NCBI GenBank assembly: GCA_030652805.1
Contig: JAUSPT010000032.1
Coordinates: 109,992 to 173,991 of the forward strand
Origin: a bacterium
GTDB taxonomy: Bacteria > JAHJDO01
Reading direction: 5' to 3'
DNA length: 64,000 nt
A program made the translations under genes and the position numbers. Below, piece after piece: positions 1 to 10,103 of the stretch; positions within the stretch are counted from its first letter, which is position 1, and each line of letters starts with the position of its first letter. The notes under the pieces were generated by a model. The model was not told where the DNA came from, made no database searches, and was given only the letters and a program-made list of their open reading frames with translations.

Positions 1-1
1 A

Positions 2-538
2 TTCGGAAGAATTGATATCCTGGTGAACAATGCCGGTATAGCCTATATTGAACCCTTCTTCAAAGTTAGTGAAGAAACATGGGACAGAACTCTGGATGTG
101 AACCTAAAAGGCACCTTCTTCACCAGTCAAATAGTGGCTAATAAGATGATTAAAAAACAAATTGAAGGCAGGATTATTAATGTATCTGCCACTAATGGTC
201 AGGTGGCAGAAGTGGATACTGTCCACTACAATGCTTCCAAAGGGGGAATGGATATGGTAACTTGCTCCTTAGCTATTGAACTGGCTCCTTTTGGGATAAG
301 GGTCAATGGAATAGCTCCTGGCATCATTAAAACAGAGATAGATGTGGATTTCTTTGCCGACTCCAAATTCAAGGAACATTATCAACAGCATATTCCTATG
401 CGAAGATTTGGAGAAGTCGAAGAAGTGGGGAAGACAGCTGTATTCTTAGCCTCGGATGATTCTTCATATATCACGGGACACACAATAGTAATAGATGGCG
501 GTCTACTCTGTGAACAGGTTCCTAAATTACAAAACTGA
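2..538 (+). CDS. Short-chain dehydrogenase/reductase (SDR) family oxidoreductase, 5'-truncated by the window edge
   Basis: The frame is open from base 2 (FGRIDILVNNAGI = SDR NNAG motif). It carries the catalytic YNASK (YxxxK) and IAPGIIKTE. ORF track 23..538 is the same frame. Confidence 0.9.
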   Translation, partial: FGRIDILVNNAGIAYIEPFFKVSEETWDRTLDVNLKGTFFTSQIVANKMIKKQIEGRIINVSATNGQVAEVDTVHYNASKGGMDMVTCSLAIELAPFGIRVNGIAPGIIKTEIDVDFFADSKFKEHYQQHIPMRRFGEVEEVGKTAVFLASDDSSYITGHTIVIDGGLLCEQVPKLQN

Positions 539-552
539 GAGGAATTTAACAT

Positions 553-1875
553 ATGAATATTTTACTCATTATGCCTGAGGCTCTTAGACCTATGAATCTG
601 CACTGCTGCGGTTATGCAAAGCAAACAAGTCCTTTTATCGATAAATTAGCGCGTGAAGGAGTCTTGTTTAGGAACGCAATAGCTCAGACTGCTCACACCT
701 ATCCTGGCGTAGCTTCTATTTACACAGGCCTTTATCCTCATACTCACGAACTTGAAGCAGAAGAAAGCTATAACAGGATAAAAGAGATATCATGGAGTTA
801 TCTTAAATCTAGACGGGAATTTAAAAATTGGGAGACTCCATTAGATATCCTTAAAAGAAAGGATTATCGGATAATTGGGAAATATGGGGGAAGTATATCT
901 CAGCCTCTTGGGTGTACTACTGATATACATGATGAAGGAGGCATATTAAAAGCTATAGAAAAGTATAAGGACAATGAATTTCTCATAATGGATATGTCTT
1001 ATCGTACCCATATTGCATATCAGGCAGAACCGCCATATGATACGATGTTTCTTCCGGAAGGATATAAGGTTACAGATAATTTCAAAAAATACGAGCAGAT
1101 GGTTAAAGAAACCGGGCATGGATACATATTAAATCCAAAACTTGTTAGCAAGAAATATCAGAAAGCAAAGACAGCTACAGCGTGGAAAGTTTTTACTCTT
1201 TCCAAAGAGGACAGGCCTTCAATTATAGCGCGATATGACGGAGCTTTGAGAATGCTGGATATGGAAATAGAAACCTATATTAAAAAGCTTGAAGAGCTCG
1301 GTATTTTAGACGACACCCTGATTATAATAACCTCAGATCACGGAGAAGAAATACTGGAGCATGGATCCTTAGGGCATGCATCCTGCTCCATGGCAGGAAC
1401 TCTGTATGAAGAAAATGTAAGAATTCCTCTGATTATGAGATATCCTAAAGCATTACCACAAGGGAAAATAATAGACACACAGATTGGTCAGGTAGATATA
1501 ATGCCCACAATATTTGATATGCTCGGCCTCTCTATGCCTGAGGGGACAGAGGGGCATTCTCTTATGCCGCTTATCAAAGGAGAAAAAGTAGATTTTAATG
1601 AAGAAACTTATCTGGAAACGCTCAAATGTGGCTGGCAGACTTTGCCTGATGATGGAAGAATGTTGTGGGCAGTAAGAACGCCTGAATGGAAACTGATTTT
1701 TAACTATGATTATAAGAACGAAGAAGACAAGGGTTCTTACGAATTATATAATCTAAAAAATGACCCGGGAGAAAAACACAATCTTATTGATAAAGAACCA
1801 GAAATAGCAAAAACATTTGAAAATAAATTAAATAAGAAGATAAAAGACAGACTGGCATCACTTAACAGACGATAA
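553..1875 (+). CDS. Alkaline-phosphatase-superfamily hydrolase (sulfatase/phosphodiesterase-like) with a Thr rather than Cys/Ser nucleophile motif
   Basis: The C-terminal half is sulfatase-like (IIITSDHGEE..GH, YNLKNDPGEKHNL). Where sulfatases have CxPxR, it reads TAHTYPGVASIYTGLYPHTHE, resembling the T-F-P-N..S..TG.YP..HG motif of nucleotide pyrophosphatase/phosphodiesterases. An RBS gagg lies upstream. Confidence 0.75.
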   Translation: MNILLIMPEALRPMNLHCCGYAKQTSPFIDKLAREGVLFRNAIAQTAHTYPGVASIYTGLYPHTHELEAEESYNRIKEISWSYLKSRREFKNWETPLDILKRKDYRIIGKYGGSISQPLGCTTDIHDEGGILKAIEKYKDNEFLIMDMSYRTHIAYQAEPPYDTMFLPEGYKVTDNFKKYEQMVKETGHGYILNPKLVSKKYQKAKTATAWKVFTLSKEDRPSIIARYDGALRMLDMEIETYIKKLEELGILDDTLIIITSDHGEEILEHGSLGHASCSMAGTLYEENVRIPLIMRYPKALPQGKIIDTQIGQVDIMPTIFDMLGLSMPEGTEGHSLMPLIKGEKVDFNEETYLETLKCGWQTLPDDGRMLWAVRTPEWKLIFNYDYKNEEDKGSYELYNLKNDPGEKHNLIDKEPEIAKTFENKLNKKIKDRLASLNRR

Positions 1876-1890
1876 CAAGGGAGGTATGAT

Positions 1891-2925
1891 ATGGCTTATG
1901 AAGGGGTAATGGATGATATCCAAACATGTGTAAATCTGGGCGTTCCAAAGAGAGTTCCTGTATTTGCCAATAGTGAAGAATTTGATGTTAAATGGTATGG
2001 GAAATATATCTATGAAGATGTATGTCAGGATGCAGGCAAGTTAGCAGAGGTATGGATTGCGGCTGTAGAAGAGTTTGATTATGACTGGGCATGGCTGCAA
2101 ATTGATGATTGTATTGAATTCGAAGTATTAGGAATTGGATGTCACGGAGAAGGAAATATTCTTCGCGCAACAAAAGATTATCTGCCTGCAACACAGGATA
2201 CATTAAAAAACCTCAAAATACCTGATCCAGACAAAGATGGCAGAATGCCGATGAAACTTGAAGCAATAAGGAAAATAAGAAAGCATTTTGGAGAAAGAGT
2301 ATGTTTATGTGCCAGTAATGCAGCGCCTTTTTCTTCCGTGGCGCTTCTATACGGGCTTACTGAAACAATGATGCTCATTCACACAGATTCCAAGCTGCTT
2401 AAAGATACCTGCGATTTTTTTGTTGAACTTCAAAAAATGTGGGGAGTAGCTCAAATTAAAGCAGGTGCACATGCTATCTGGCTAGGCGACTGTAATTCAA
2501 TGAGTAATCTCATATCTGCGCAGCAGTATAAGGAATTTGCATTTGAACCATGCAAAAAAGTTACAACAGCATATAGAGAAGCAGGAGGTCTAACATTTCT
2601 ACATAATAGTGAGGAATCTGTTCCTCATATAGAATTAGAAACTCAGCTTGGAGTAAGCGCAATAAGCGTAGGACCTGGCATAGACATTGAAAAAGCAAAG
2701 GAAACAGTAAAAGGGAAAACATGTCTTCTGGGTAATCTGGACCCAATAAATATTTTGATGAATGGAACTCCTCAGCAGATAGCTAAAGAAACAGAGAGAA
2801 TCATGACTATTGGTAAAAAGGATGGTGGATATATATTCAATACCGGTGAGATGAATCCAAGTGATGTTCCTGTCGAGAATATGAAAACAATGATCCAAAC
2901 AGCAAAAAAATTTGGAAAGGATTAA
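1891..2925 (+). CDS. Uroporphyrinogen decarboxylase (URO-D) family protein (MtaA/CmuA-like fold)
   Basis: 344 aa. Overall pattern is typical of URO-D family proteins (FDYDWAWLQIDDC..EVLG, GLTFLHNSEE, LLGNLDP, GGYIFNTGE). RBS aagggagg. Its stop overlaps the next start (TAATG). Confidence 0.7.
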   Translation: MAYEGVMDDIQTCVNLGVPKRVPVFANSEEFDVKWYGKYIYEDVCQDAGKLAEVWIAAVEEFDYDWAWLQIDDCIEFEVLGIGCHGEGNILRATKDYLPATQDTLKNLKIPDPDKDGRMPMKLEAIRKIRKHFGERVCLCASNAAPFSSVALLYGLTETMMLIHTDSKLLKDTCDFFVELQKMWGVAQIKAGAHAIWLGDCNSMSNLISAQQYKEFAFEPCKKVTTAYREAGGLTFLHNSEESVPHIELETQLGVSAISVGPGIDIEKAKETVKGKTCLLGNLDPINILMNGTPQQIAKETERIMTIGKKDGGYIFNTGEMNPSDVPVENMKTMIQTAKKFGKD

Positions 2926-4649
2926 TGGCAGACTCAAATAAGAGCAAGGGGAATCTTGCAGTCTTAACAGTAATAGACAGCAGCAAGAAGGAATTCCCGT
3001 ATGTTAAGCAAGGATTCTTTCTTGCTTTTCGGCATTTAGGAATTCCTTACAGAACAATAGATTTATCAAAAGAAAATTTAACCCCGGGAAAAATCGCTGA
3101 CTGCCGAGCTGTTGTTATTGCTCAGGAAGGGATAGGAGAAAAGTTTTCTTCGGCTGATGGAGACAGTATCAAAAAGTCCGTAGAAGAGTCTGGTGTGGGG
3201 TTAATTAATTTTGATCATCGCCTGAATTCCTATCCTTCTGTCCTGCGTAACATACTTATCGGTACAAATAAAAATATTAAATTTAACGCATCAAAAGGGT
3301 TGAAAATAAAAGATACTCATCATTTTATCACTGAAACCTACCAAGAAAATCAAAAGACAGAATTTTTGCAGGATATTGAAGTGGCAATTCTATCATCGTC
3401 TTTTGAGAAAGATAATCTTATTAGCTCATTAGAAAATTATCCTGTTCTAAATTTATCGCGTCTTGGCAAAGGAAGAGTTATCCAATTTTTTATCTCTCCC
3501 AGGATGTGGCACTGTGAATATTTTGGGCACCTGCATGGGTTAGATGGGCTTTTTTATAAGTCAATTATCTGGGCAGCAAAAAAACCGTTTTTGATGATGG
3601 CGATGCCTCCGTTTGTTACAGCAAGGATAGATGACTGTTCCGGTTCAGAAAGTCATTACATAACAAATGGAAAAAGCGCAGCATTAAATTTCAGATACAT
3701 CGATACATTGAACAAGTATGGTTACATCCCTAATATCGGTCCATTCCTTGATGACATTACAGATAGTGATGGGAAAATCATAAAGAAAAAATATGATAAG
3801 AAACTTGCTGAATTTTCTCCACATGCATTTGGAGAGAGTAAGGATAGAAAAATTAAGAGTATGATATATATGAAGCATAACGGAGAAGAATATACCAAGA
3901 AAGAACTTACAAGAAATTTCGAGAAAGTAGACAGGAAGTTTTCTTCATGGGGAATAAAGCCATCAAGAGTGCTTAACGCGCATTACTGTGAAACAGGAAT
4001 TAACTCTATTCCCTTCCTGAAGAAAAGGGAACAAAACCTTCTAATGGGAATTTCTGTATTGTTTGGGAAAAGATACAGTGATCCTTCGCCAGAAAATTGG
4101 AAACCATACGGGATAAAGAGAAGAGACGGGAAATATGCTTTTATTGCTGATTATATGCCTGATTACCCGGAATTTTTCAATTTATCAAATGCATTCCCTT
4201 ATGAGGAGCGCATTGATTTTCTTCATGGGAACACAAAATTCGAAGGAGAAAACAAAAAAAATGCTATAGAGGATGCAATAAAAAAAGGAGTTGAAATAAT
4301 AACTCTGGGACTGGATAGTTTATTTTTTGGATGTCTCCTGACACATGAGCAGAGAATCTCTGCTATGAATGCTGAGGAATGGGAACAAGTTCTGAAGGGT
4401 ATAGACAAATTAACTTCAAAATATAAAAAGATATTTAAAGGATATGATTATATTGCTGAATACGCAAAGAGTAGATATGACACAAAAATAACAGAGGCAA
4501 ATTATAATTCCACAACAGAGCAGATGATATTAAAACTAAAAGGTAAATCCAGTTTGCCGTTAAAAGTTTATGTTTATAATGATGAAAGCTGTCAACATAA
4601 ATTTAAAGAGATACCAGTATTCGAGGGGGAGACGCAGATTAATTTTTAA
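2925..4649 (+). CDS. Hypothetical 574-aa protein, function unknown
   Basis: Long ORF translationally coupled to the URO-D gene. No motif I can assign. FVTARIDDCSG is only weakly reminiscent of the NodB TFDDG motif. Confidence 0.6.
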   Translation: MADSNKSKGNLAVLTVIDSSKKEFPYVKQGFFLAFRHLGIPYRTIDLSKENLTPGKIADCRAVVIAQEGIGEKFSSADGDSIKKSVEESGVGLINFDHRLNSYPSVLRNILIGTNKNIKFNASKGLKIKDTHHFITETYQENQKTEFLQDIEVAILSSSFEKDNLISSLENYPVLNLSRLGKGRVIQFFISPRMWHCEYFGHLHGLDGLFYKSIIWAAKKPFLMMAMPPFVTARIDDCSGSESHYITNGKSAALNFRYIDTLNKYGYIPNIGPFLDDITDSDGKIIKKKYDKKLAEFSPHAFGESKDRKIKSMIYMKHNGEEYTKKELTRNFEKVDRKFSSWGIKPSRVLNAHYCETGINSIPFLKKREQNLLMGISVLFGKRYSDPSPENWKPYGIKRRDGKYAFIADYMPDYPEFFNLSNAFPYEERIDFLHGNTKFEGENKKNAIEDAIKKGVEIITLGLDSLFFGCLLTHEQRISAMNAEEWEQVLKGIDKLTSKYKKIFKGYDYIAEYAKSRYDTKITEANYNSTTEQMILKLKGKSSLPLKVYVYNDESCQHKFKEIPVFEGETQINF

Positions 4650-4678
4650 TTATAAATTATTAATAGGAGAAATAGGAA

Positions 4679-5986
4679 ATGGGAAATGGGAAATCAGGAC
4701 ATGAGGCTACTGGAAGCAAACCAACAAGTTCCAAGCCGGATGACGGCGTTACACTAAGAGTTCCTTACTCTTATTTTGGTGCAATGTATGATGATGATGA
4801 AGAAAAAGCCGTCCTCAGGGCAATGAAACAGGACAGGCAGACAAAAGGACCTCATCTGGAACAATTCCAGAAAGAGTTTGCAGCTATGTGCGGAGTAAAA
4901 CATGCTCTTGCAACCTCTAACTGTACTACTGCGATGCATGCAGCAACTCAGGCTTTTGGTATTAAAGAAGGAGATGAAGTAATTATTACACCAAACACAT
5001 TTATTGCTACTTCTCTTGTGCTTTTAAAAGAAGGTGCAAGACCTGTATATTCAGATATTGACCCAAAAACATATAACATCGACCCAAAACAGATAGAAGA
5101 TAAGATAACTCCTAAAACAAAAGCGATTTATGTCGTTCATTATGGCGGGCAGATGTGTGATATGGACCCCATTATGGAGATAGCAAAAAAACATAATATC
5201 TATGTTTTGGAAGACTGCGCTCATACACCCGGAGCAGAATACAAAGGAAGAAAAGCAGGAAGTATCGGAGATATTGGATGTTTCAGTTTTCATTCTTTAA
5301 AAAACATGACTACATTAGGTGAGGGAGGCATGGTTACAACTAATAATGATGAAATAGCTGCAAGAGTAGCAAGGCTTCGCGCAATGAATACAGCAACGTG
5401 GGACTTCCCTGAAGGACAAAGCACATTCAGTTTTGCAGGGTACACATTGACAAAGACAGGTATATCCGATTACTGGATTCCCTCACATCATGATGTTGTA
5501 GATGACGATGGAAAGTGGGGAAATAACTACAGAATGAATGAAACCCAGGCTGCAGTCGGGATATGTCAGCTCAAAAAGTTAAAAAAGATGAATGAAAAAC
5601 GGAGAGAATTCGGGCGTTATATTAATGAGTCCATCAAAGATATTAAAGGCATAACTCCGGTATATGAAGACCCAAACTGTTACCATGTTTATCACCTTTA
5701 TACCGTTTGTGTCGAAGAAGAAATGGGCATAGAAAGAGACGCTTTTATGCGCGTTCTTTACAGAGAGTATGGGGTCCAACCAATATTGCACTATCAGCCA
5801 ACATATCACTATACCGGGTTAAAAAAGTTAGGTTATCCTGACAAGCTCTGTCCAGTTGCAGAAAAATTCTTTTACAAAAGAGAACTAAATCTTCCCATAC
5901 ATCCGAGATTAACGAAGGAAGACTGCAACATAATGATTGAAGGAATTAAGAAAGCTGCAAAAAAGGTGAGAAGATGCGAGCGCTAG
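4679..5986 (+). CDS. DegT/DnrJ/EryC1/StrS-family PLP-dependent sugar aminotransferase
   Basis: FQKEFAAMCGVKHALATSNCTTAMH, GDEVIITPNTFIATS, and FSFHSLKNMTTLGEGGMVTTN containing the PLP-lysine context. Confidence 0.88.
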   Translation: MGNGKSGHEATGSKPTSSKPDDGVTLRVPYSYFGAMYDDDEEKAVLRAMKQDRQTKGPHLEQFQKEFAAMCGVKHALATSNCTTAMHAATQAFGIKEGDEVIITPNTFIATSLVLLKEGARPVYSDIDPKTYNIDPKQIEDKITPKTKAIYVVHYGGQMCDMDPIMEIAKKHNIYVLEDCAHTPGAEYKGRKAGSIGDIGCFSFHSLKNMTTLGEGGMVTTNNDEIAARVARLRAMNTATWDFPEGQSTFSFAGYTLTKTGISDYWIPSHHDVVDDDGKWGNNYRMNETQAAVGICQLKKLKKMNEKRREFGRYINESIKDIKGITPVYEDPNCYHVYHLYTVCVEEEMGIERDAFMRVLYREYGVQPILHYQPTYHYTGLKKLGYPDKLCPVAEKFFYKRELNLPIHPRLTKEDCNIMIEGIKKAAKKVRRCER

Positions 5987-6768
5987 CGAAGCAATTTTGA
6001 GACAGAATCAAATTCTCTTTTTATCCCACTAAATCCCTTAGCCAGTAAAATAACAGCTGCGCCCCAGCAGAGAAATCTAGCCCCTTTCTCCAGAAACTTC
6101 TCAGCAGATTCAGCATTACCAATAGTAATTCCCCAGTGTTTGCCATGCCTTTTTGCCGCATCAGCAACCTTGTCTATAACCTGCTGAAGCTCAGGATTAT
6201 CAAAATCCAGAGGTCTGCCAAGACTCTGAGAAAGATCTGCAGGACCTACAAGTAATATATCTATCCCATTTACAGAGGCTATATCGTCAATTTTTTCTAC
6301 TGCCTCTTTATCCTCTATTTGAACAACAATAAAAGTTTCTTCATTGGACTGCGTCATAAATTCCTTCATTGGCTGTAATGAATGGTCAGTATGCGCTTCT
6401 ATCCCATCCATTCCTCTGAGTCCTATTGGCGCAAATTTTGTATTTCGTACTGCCCATTCTGCTTCTTCTCTACTCATACAATGCGGAACCATAATCCCGT
6501 TTGCACCGGATTCAATAGCTCGAAAATAGCTGAAGTATCCCGCTTTTCTGATTCTTACCATTGCATCAATATCTGTGGCACGACAGGCAAGACTCATATT
6601 CCAAATATCGCTATCATTGAAGTCCTGATGTTCATGGTCAATCCAGATACAGTCATACCCAACTTTACCTATCAGCTCACAGATTTTTGCTGATGGATAT
6701 GGTGTTGGGCTGCCAACTAAAACTGGTTTATTCTGCCGAAGTTTTTTTAATACGCTACTTTGTCTCAT
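5983..6768 (-). CDS. HpcH/HpaI-family aldolase
   Basis: GYDCIWIDHEHQDFN, VRIRK, MVPHCMSREEA and IVVQIEDKEAVE are typical of 2-keto-3-deoxy-acid aldolases of this family. Confidence 0.85.
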   Translation of the reverse strand: MRQSSVLKKLRQNKPVLVGSPTPYPSAKICELIGKVGYDCIWIDHEHQDFNDSDIWNMSLACRATDIDAMVRIRKAGYFSYFRAIESGANGIMVPHCMSREEAEWAVRNTKFAPIGLRGMDGIEAHTDHSLQPMKEFMTQSNEETFIVVQIEDKEAVEKIDDIASVNGIDILLVGPADLSQSLGRPLDFDNPELQQVIDKVADAAKRHGKHWGITIGNAESAEKFLEKGARFLCWGAAVILLAKGFSGIKREFDSVSKLLR

Positions 6769-6793
6769 ATTCGCTCCTTAAGTTTTTATGAAA

Positions 6794-7741
6794 TTATAAC
6801 CATCCGTTATTTGTCCATTTCTTCATATCAATAAATGATTGGTCCGGATATTTTAATTTTTTTAATCTGTCCACAGTTTCTGAGCTTAGAGGTTCTGTAT
6901 CTGCATTTTTAACTGCCCGATCAATATACTCCTTTTTATCCATTCCCAGAATGGTTGATGTTACTCCACTATTTGATAATACAAACTTTATAGCCAAATC
7001 AGAGAGCGATTCAATTTTCCCATTTATGAAAGAATTATATTTCTCTATGTGCTTTACAATTGGATTTAATTCTGATGAAATTTGAAATCTTTTATCAGTA
7101 AGAATACCTTTCATAAGCGCTGACCTTACAATTATGCCTACACCCTGCCTTTTTGCCATAAAAATAACATTTTCTGTCTGTTGCTCAATTAGATTGTATG
7201 CTACCTGCAGAGCATCAAATACTTCTTTTTCCAGAGCTTCTTTTGCCATACCAATACCATAAGTGGATGCACCAATTAATCTTACCTTCCCCTGCTTTTT
7301 AAACTTATATAAAGCATTTAAAACATCGCTACAATAGAGTTTTTTATCAGCTTCATGTATTTGCAATATATCAATATAATCTGTTTTTAATAACTTCAGG
7401 CTTTTATTGATACTATTATTAATTTTCTTTTCAATTACTGATTTTGAAGGAAGCATACCATTTTCTAGAATCAATGCTAATTTTGTCCCAATTACTACAC
7501 TGTGTCTTTTACCTTTTAATGCCTTACCTAGAATTTCTTCACTCCTGCCATATGCAGGTGCTGTATCAAAGAAATTTATTCCCTTATTTATAGCATAATC
7601 TACAAGTCTGGATGTTTCTTCCTCTAACAAAATACATGACTTACCATTAATTTTTATCCCATATTCACACCCAATAGAGGCACATCCAAATCCTATCCTA
7701 GATATTTTAACTCCTGTATTACCAATCTCTTTTAGTTGCAT
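6794..7741 (-). CDS. Aldo/keto reductase
   Basis: IGFGCASIG, INFFDTAPAYGRSEEILGKAL, IGTKL, YIDILQIHE. Confidence 0.88.
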   Translation of the reverse strand: MQLKEIGNTGVKISRIGFGCASIGCEYGIKINGKSCILLEEETSRLVDYAINKGINFFDTAPAYGRSEEILGKALKGKRHSVVIGTKLALILENGMLPSKSVIEKKINNSINKSLKLLKTDYIDILQIHEADKKLYCSDVLNALYKFKKQGKVRLIGASTYGIGMAKEALEKEVFDALQVAYNLIEQQTENVIFMAKRQGVGIIVRSALMKGILTDKRFQISSELNPIVKHIEKYNSFINGKIESLSDLAIKFVLSNSGVTSTILGMDKKEYIDRAVKNADTEPLSSETVDRLKKLKYPDQSFIDMKKWTNNGWL

Positions 7742-7755
7742 AAAATTTTACTCGG

Positions 7756-8823
7756 CTATATCTTGTGAAATTTTTCTATAACACGAAGAAAGGCATTATT
7801 CTCAGATGATTTTCCAACAGTAACTCGCAAACAATTCTTTAGCAATTTATTATCAGCTACATTGCGTATGAGAATACCGCCGGTAAGAAGCTTCTTAAAC
7901 ATAGTTTCTGACGAAATTTTTGGCCTGAATAGAATAAAGTTTGCTTCTGTCGGAAATGTATAGAGCATGCTGTTTTTTCCCATCTCTCCCAGGAGCCTAG
8001 CTTTTTCAGAGATAATAATTTTAATAGCTTCATTGCATTTTTTCTTATGTTTTAAGGCTATGATTCCTATGCGCTGTGAAATGGAATTCAAATTAAATGG
8101 TAACTTTACTTTGTTAACCTGTTGCACTACCTTTTCCGAAGCTATCATATAACCTATACGACAGCCTGCAAGGCCGTATGCTTTGGAAAACGTTCTTAGT
8201 ATAACCAGATTATCGTACTTATTAATTAGTGGTAAAAATGTTTTCTTTGAAAATTCTGAATAAGCTTCATCCATTACAACAAGCCCGGATGAACTTTTGA
8301 TAATACTTATTATTTTATCTTTTGAGAAGCAATTGCCTGTGGGATTATTAGGATATCCGATAAAAATGAGACTGGGTTGATTCTTCTTAATATATCTAAG
8401 CGTAGTATCTATATTAATATCAAACTTCTTATCAAGGCTTATAACTTTGCTCTTTGTGTTACATACTGTTGATATTATTCCATACATCGAAAACGATGGA
8501 TAAAAAACTAAAGAGGCCTTGCTGCCGAAAGCCAGTGTTAATGATTGTATCAATTCATCAGAACCATTCCCCAGTGTTATTCTATCTTTGTCTACTTTTA
8601 TTTCCCCAGCGAGTAATTCCTTTAGCAGAGATACATCAGGATCCGGATATCTATTAAATGGGTGTTTAAATAAATCCTTCAATATAATCTCTTTCAATTC
8701 CATGGGAAAATCAAAAGGATTTTCATTAGCATCAAGCTTGAGCTTACAATCAACTTTTTCAGTTGAATAAGGTTTTAGTTTTTTTATGTTTTCCCGAAGT
8801 ATTAAGTCAAAATTTGTTTTCAC
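7756..8823 (-). CDS. hisC: Histidinol-phosphate aminotransferase
   Basis: LDANENPF, YPDP, PNNPTG and RTFSKAYGLAGCRIGY (PLP lysine). Overlaps the hisD stop by 4 nt. Confidence 0.9.
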   Translation of the reverse strand: MKTNFDLILRENIKKLKPYSTEKVDCKLKLDANENPFDFPMELKEIILKDLFKHPFNRYPDPDVSLLKELLAGEIKVDKDRITLGNGSDELIQSLTLAFGSKASLVFYPSFSMYGIISTVCNTKSKVISLDKKFDINIDTTLRYIKKNQPSLIFIGYPNNPTGNCFSKDKIISIIKSSSGLVVMDEAYSEFSKKTFLPLINKYDNLVILRTFSKAYGLAGCRIGYMIASEKVVQQVNKVKLPFNLNSISQRIGIIALKHKKKCNEAIKIIISEKARLLGEMGKNSMLYTFPTEANFILFRPKISSETMFKKLLTGGILIRNVADNKLLKNCLRVTVGKSSENNAFLRVIEKFHKI

Positions 8824-10046
8824 AATTCATGTTCCAATCTTATTAGCAGAGATTTCTTGTGTGCATCCATTCCTTCTAAATCTGCCAGCAAACTCAATGA
8901 CCTCTTAACCTTCTTTAGTCCTTTTCTACTGTAACAGATAATAGAAGATTTTTTCAAAAAATCATCAATACTTAATGGAGAGGAAACCCTTGCCATGCCC
9001 CCGGTTGGCAAGACATGATTTGGCCCTGCAATGTAATCCCCTACTGCTACAGGACTGTATTCTCCAAGAAAGATTACTCCTGCATTCTTTATCTTCTTTG
9101 CTAGTTTCTGCGGCTTCGAAACATGAAGCTCCAGATGCTCAGGAGCTATTTGATTTACTATTAATACTGCTTTATCCAGGGTTTTTACAATTAATATCTC
9201 TTTCCCTTTATCCAGCGATTTCTCAATAGCTTTTCTTCCAGGCAATAAAGCAACTTGTTTTTTCATCAAAACATTGACTTTATCTGCAACAAGTTTTGAT
9301 GTTGTGATTAAGATAAACCTTCCGTTTTCTCCATGCTCAGCCTGAGAAATAAGGTCTGCTGTAATATATTTGGGATTTGCATCCTTATCTGCAATAATTA
9401 CTATTTCACTGGGTCCTGCAATCATATCAATATCAACTGCTCCATAAACTAGTTTCTTAGCAGTAGAAACATATATATTCCCAGGCCCAACAATTTTATC
9501 TACTTTTGGGATTATCTTTGTACCAAAAGCAAGCGCAGCAATTGCTTGCGCTCCTCCAACCTTATATACTTCTCTTACCCTTAAAAAATCAAGCACAGCT
9601 AATACATATTTATTGACCTGCCCATTCTTTTGTAGCGGCGTAACTGCAATAATCCTTCTAACTCCAGCTAACCTTGCAGGAATAACAGTCATTAATACAG
9701 AAGATATAAGAGGCGCAGTACCGCCTGGAATATACACCCCAACATTTTCAATAGGAGTATATTTTTCCCCTAGCAAAACAGTCTTTGGACTACCGCGATA
9801 CCAGGTTTTTCTTCCATGAATTTGCTTTTTATGAAAGTTCTCTATATTGCGTTTTGCTTCTTTTACTGCTTTGAGAACTTCACCTGCCAGAACAGACCTT
9901 GAGTCTTTTATCTCCTGTTTTGAAACCTTTAATTGGCTTTTCGTTAATAAAACCCCATCAAACTTCTTAGTGTAGCTTAAAAGCGCCTTATCACCATTGA
10001 TTCTGACATCATCAATAATCTTTTTTACTGTTTGCTCTATATTCAT
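8820..10046 (-). CDS. hisD: Histidinol dehydrogenase
   Basis: VYIPGGTAPLISSVLM, AGPSEIVIIAD, SQAEHGENG, DYIAGPNHVLPTGG. Confidence 0.93.
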   Translation of the reverse strand: MNIEQTVKKIIDDVRINGDKALLSYTKKFDGVLLTKSQLKVSKQEIKDSRSVLAGEVLKAVKEAKRNIENFHKKQIHGRKTWYRGSPKTVLLGEKYTPIENVGVYIPGGTAPLISSVLMTVIPARLAGVRRIIAVTPLQKNGQVNKYVLAVLDFLRVREVYKVGGAQAIAALAFGTKIIPKVDKIVGPGNIYVSTAKKLVYGAVDIDMIAGPSEIVIIADKDANPKYITADLISQAEHGENGRFILITTSKLVADKVNVLMKKQVALLPGRKAIEKSLDKGKEILIVKTLDKAVLIVNQIAPEHLELHVSKPQKLAKKIKNAGVIFLGEYSPVAVGDYIAGPNHVLPTGGMARVSSPLSIDDFLKKSSIICYSRKGLKKVKRSLSLLADLEGMDAHKKSLLIRLEHEL

Positions 10047-10103
10047 TATAACCTCTTTTCATAACTATACTTGTATACCTCAGTAAACCCCCGTCTGTCA
10101 AAT

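Noticed and set aside
1891-2925. MtaA-like methylcobamide methyltransferase system
   Set aside because: No corrinoid protein, MtaB/MtaC-like partner or activase lies nearby. The operon context is sugar modification, so only the URO-D fold family is claimed.
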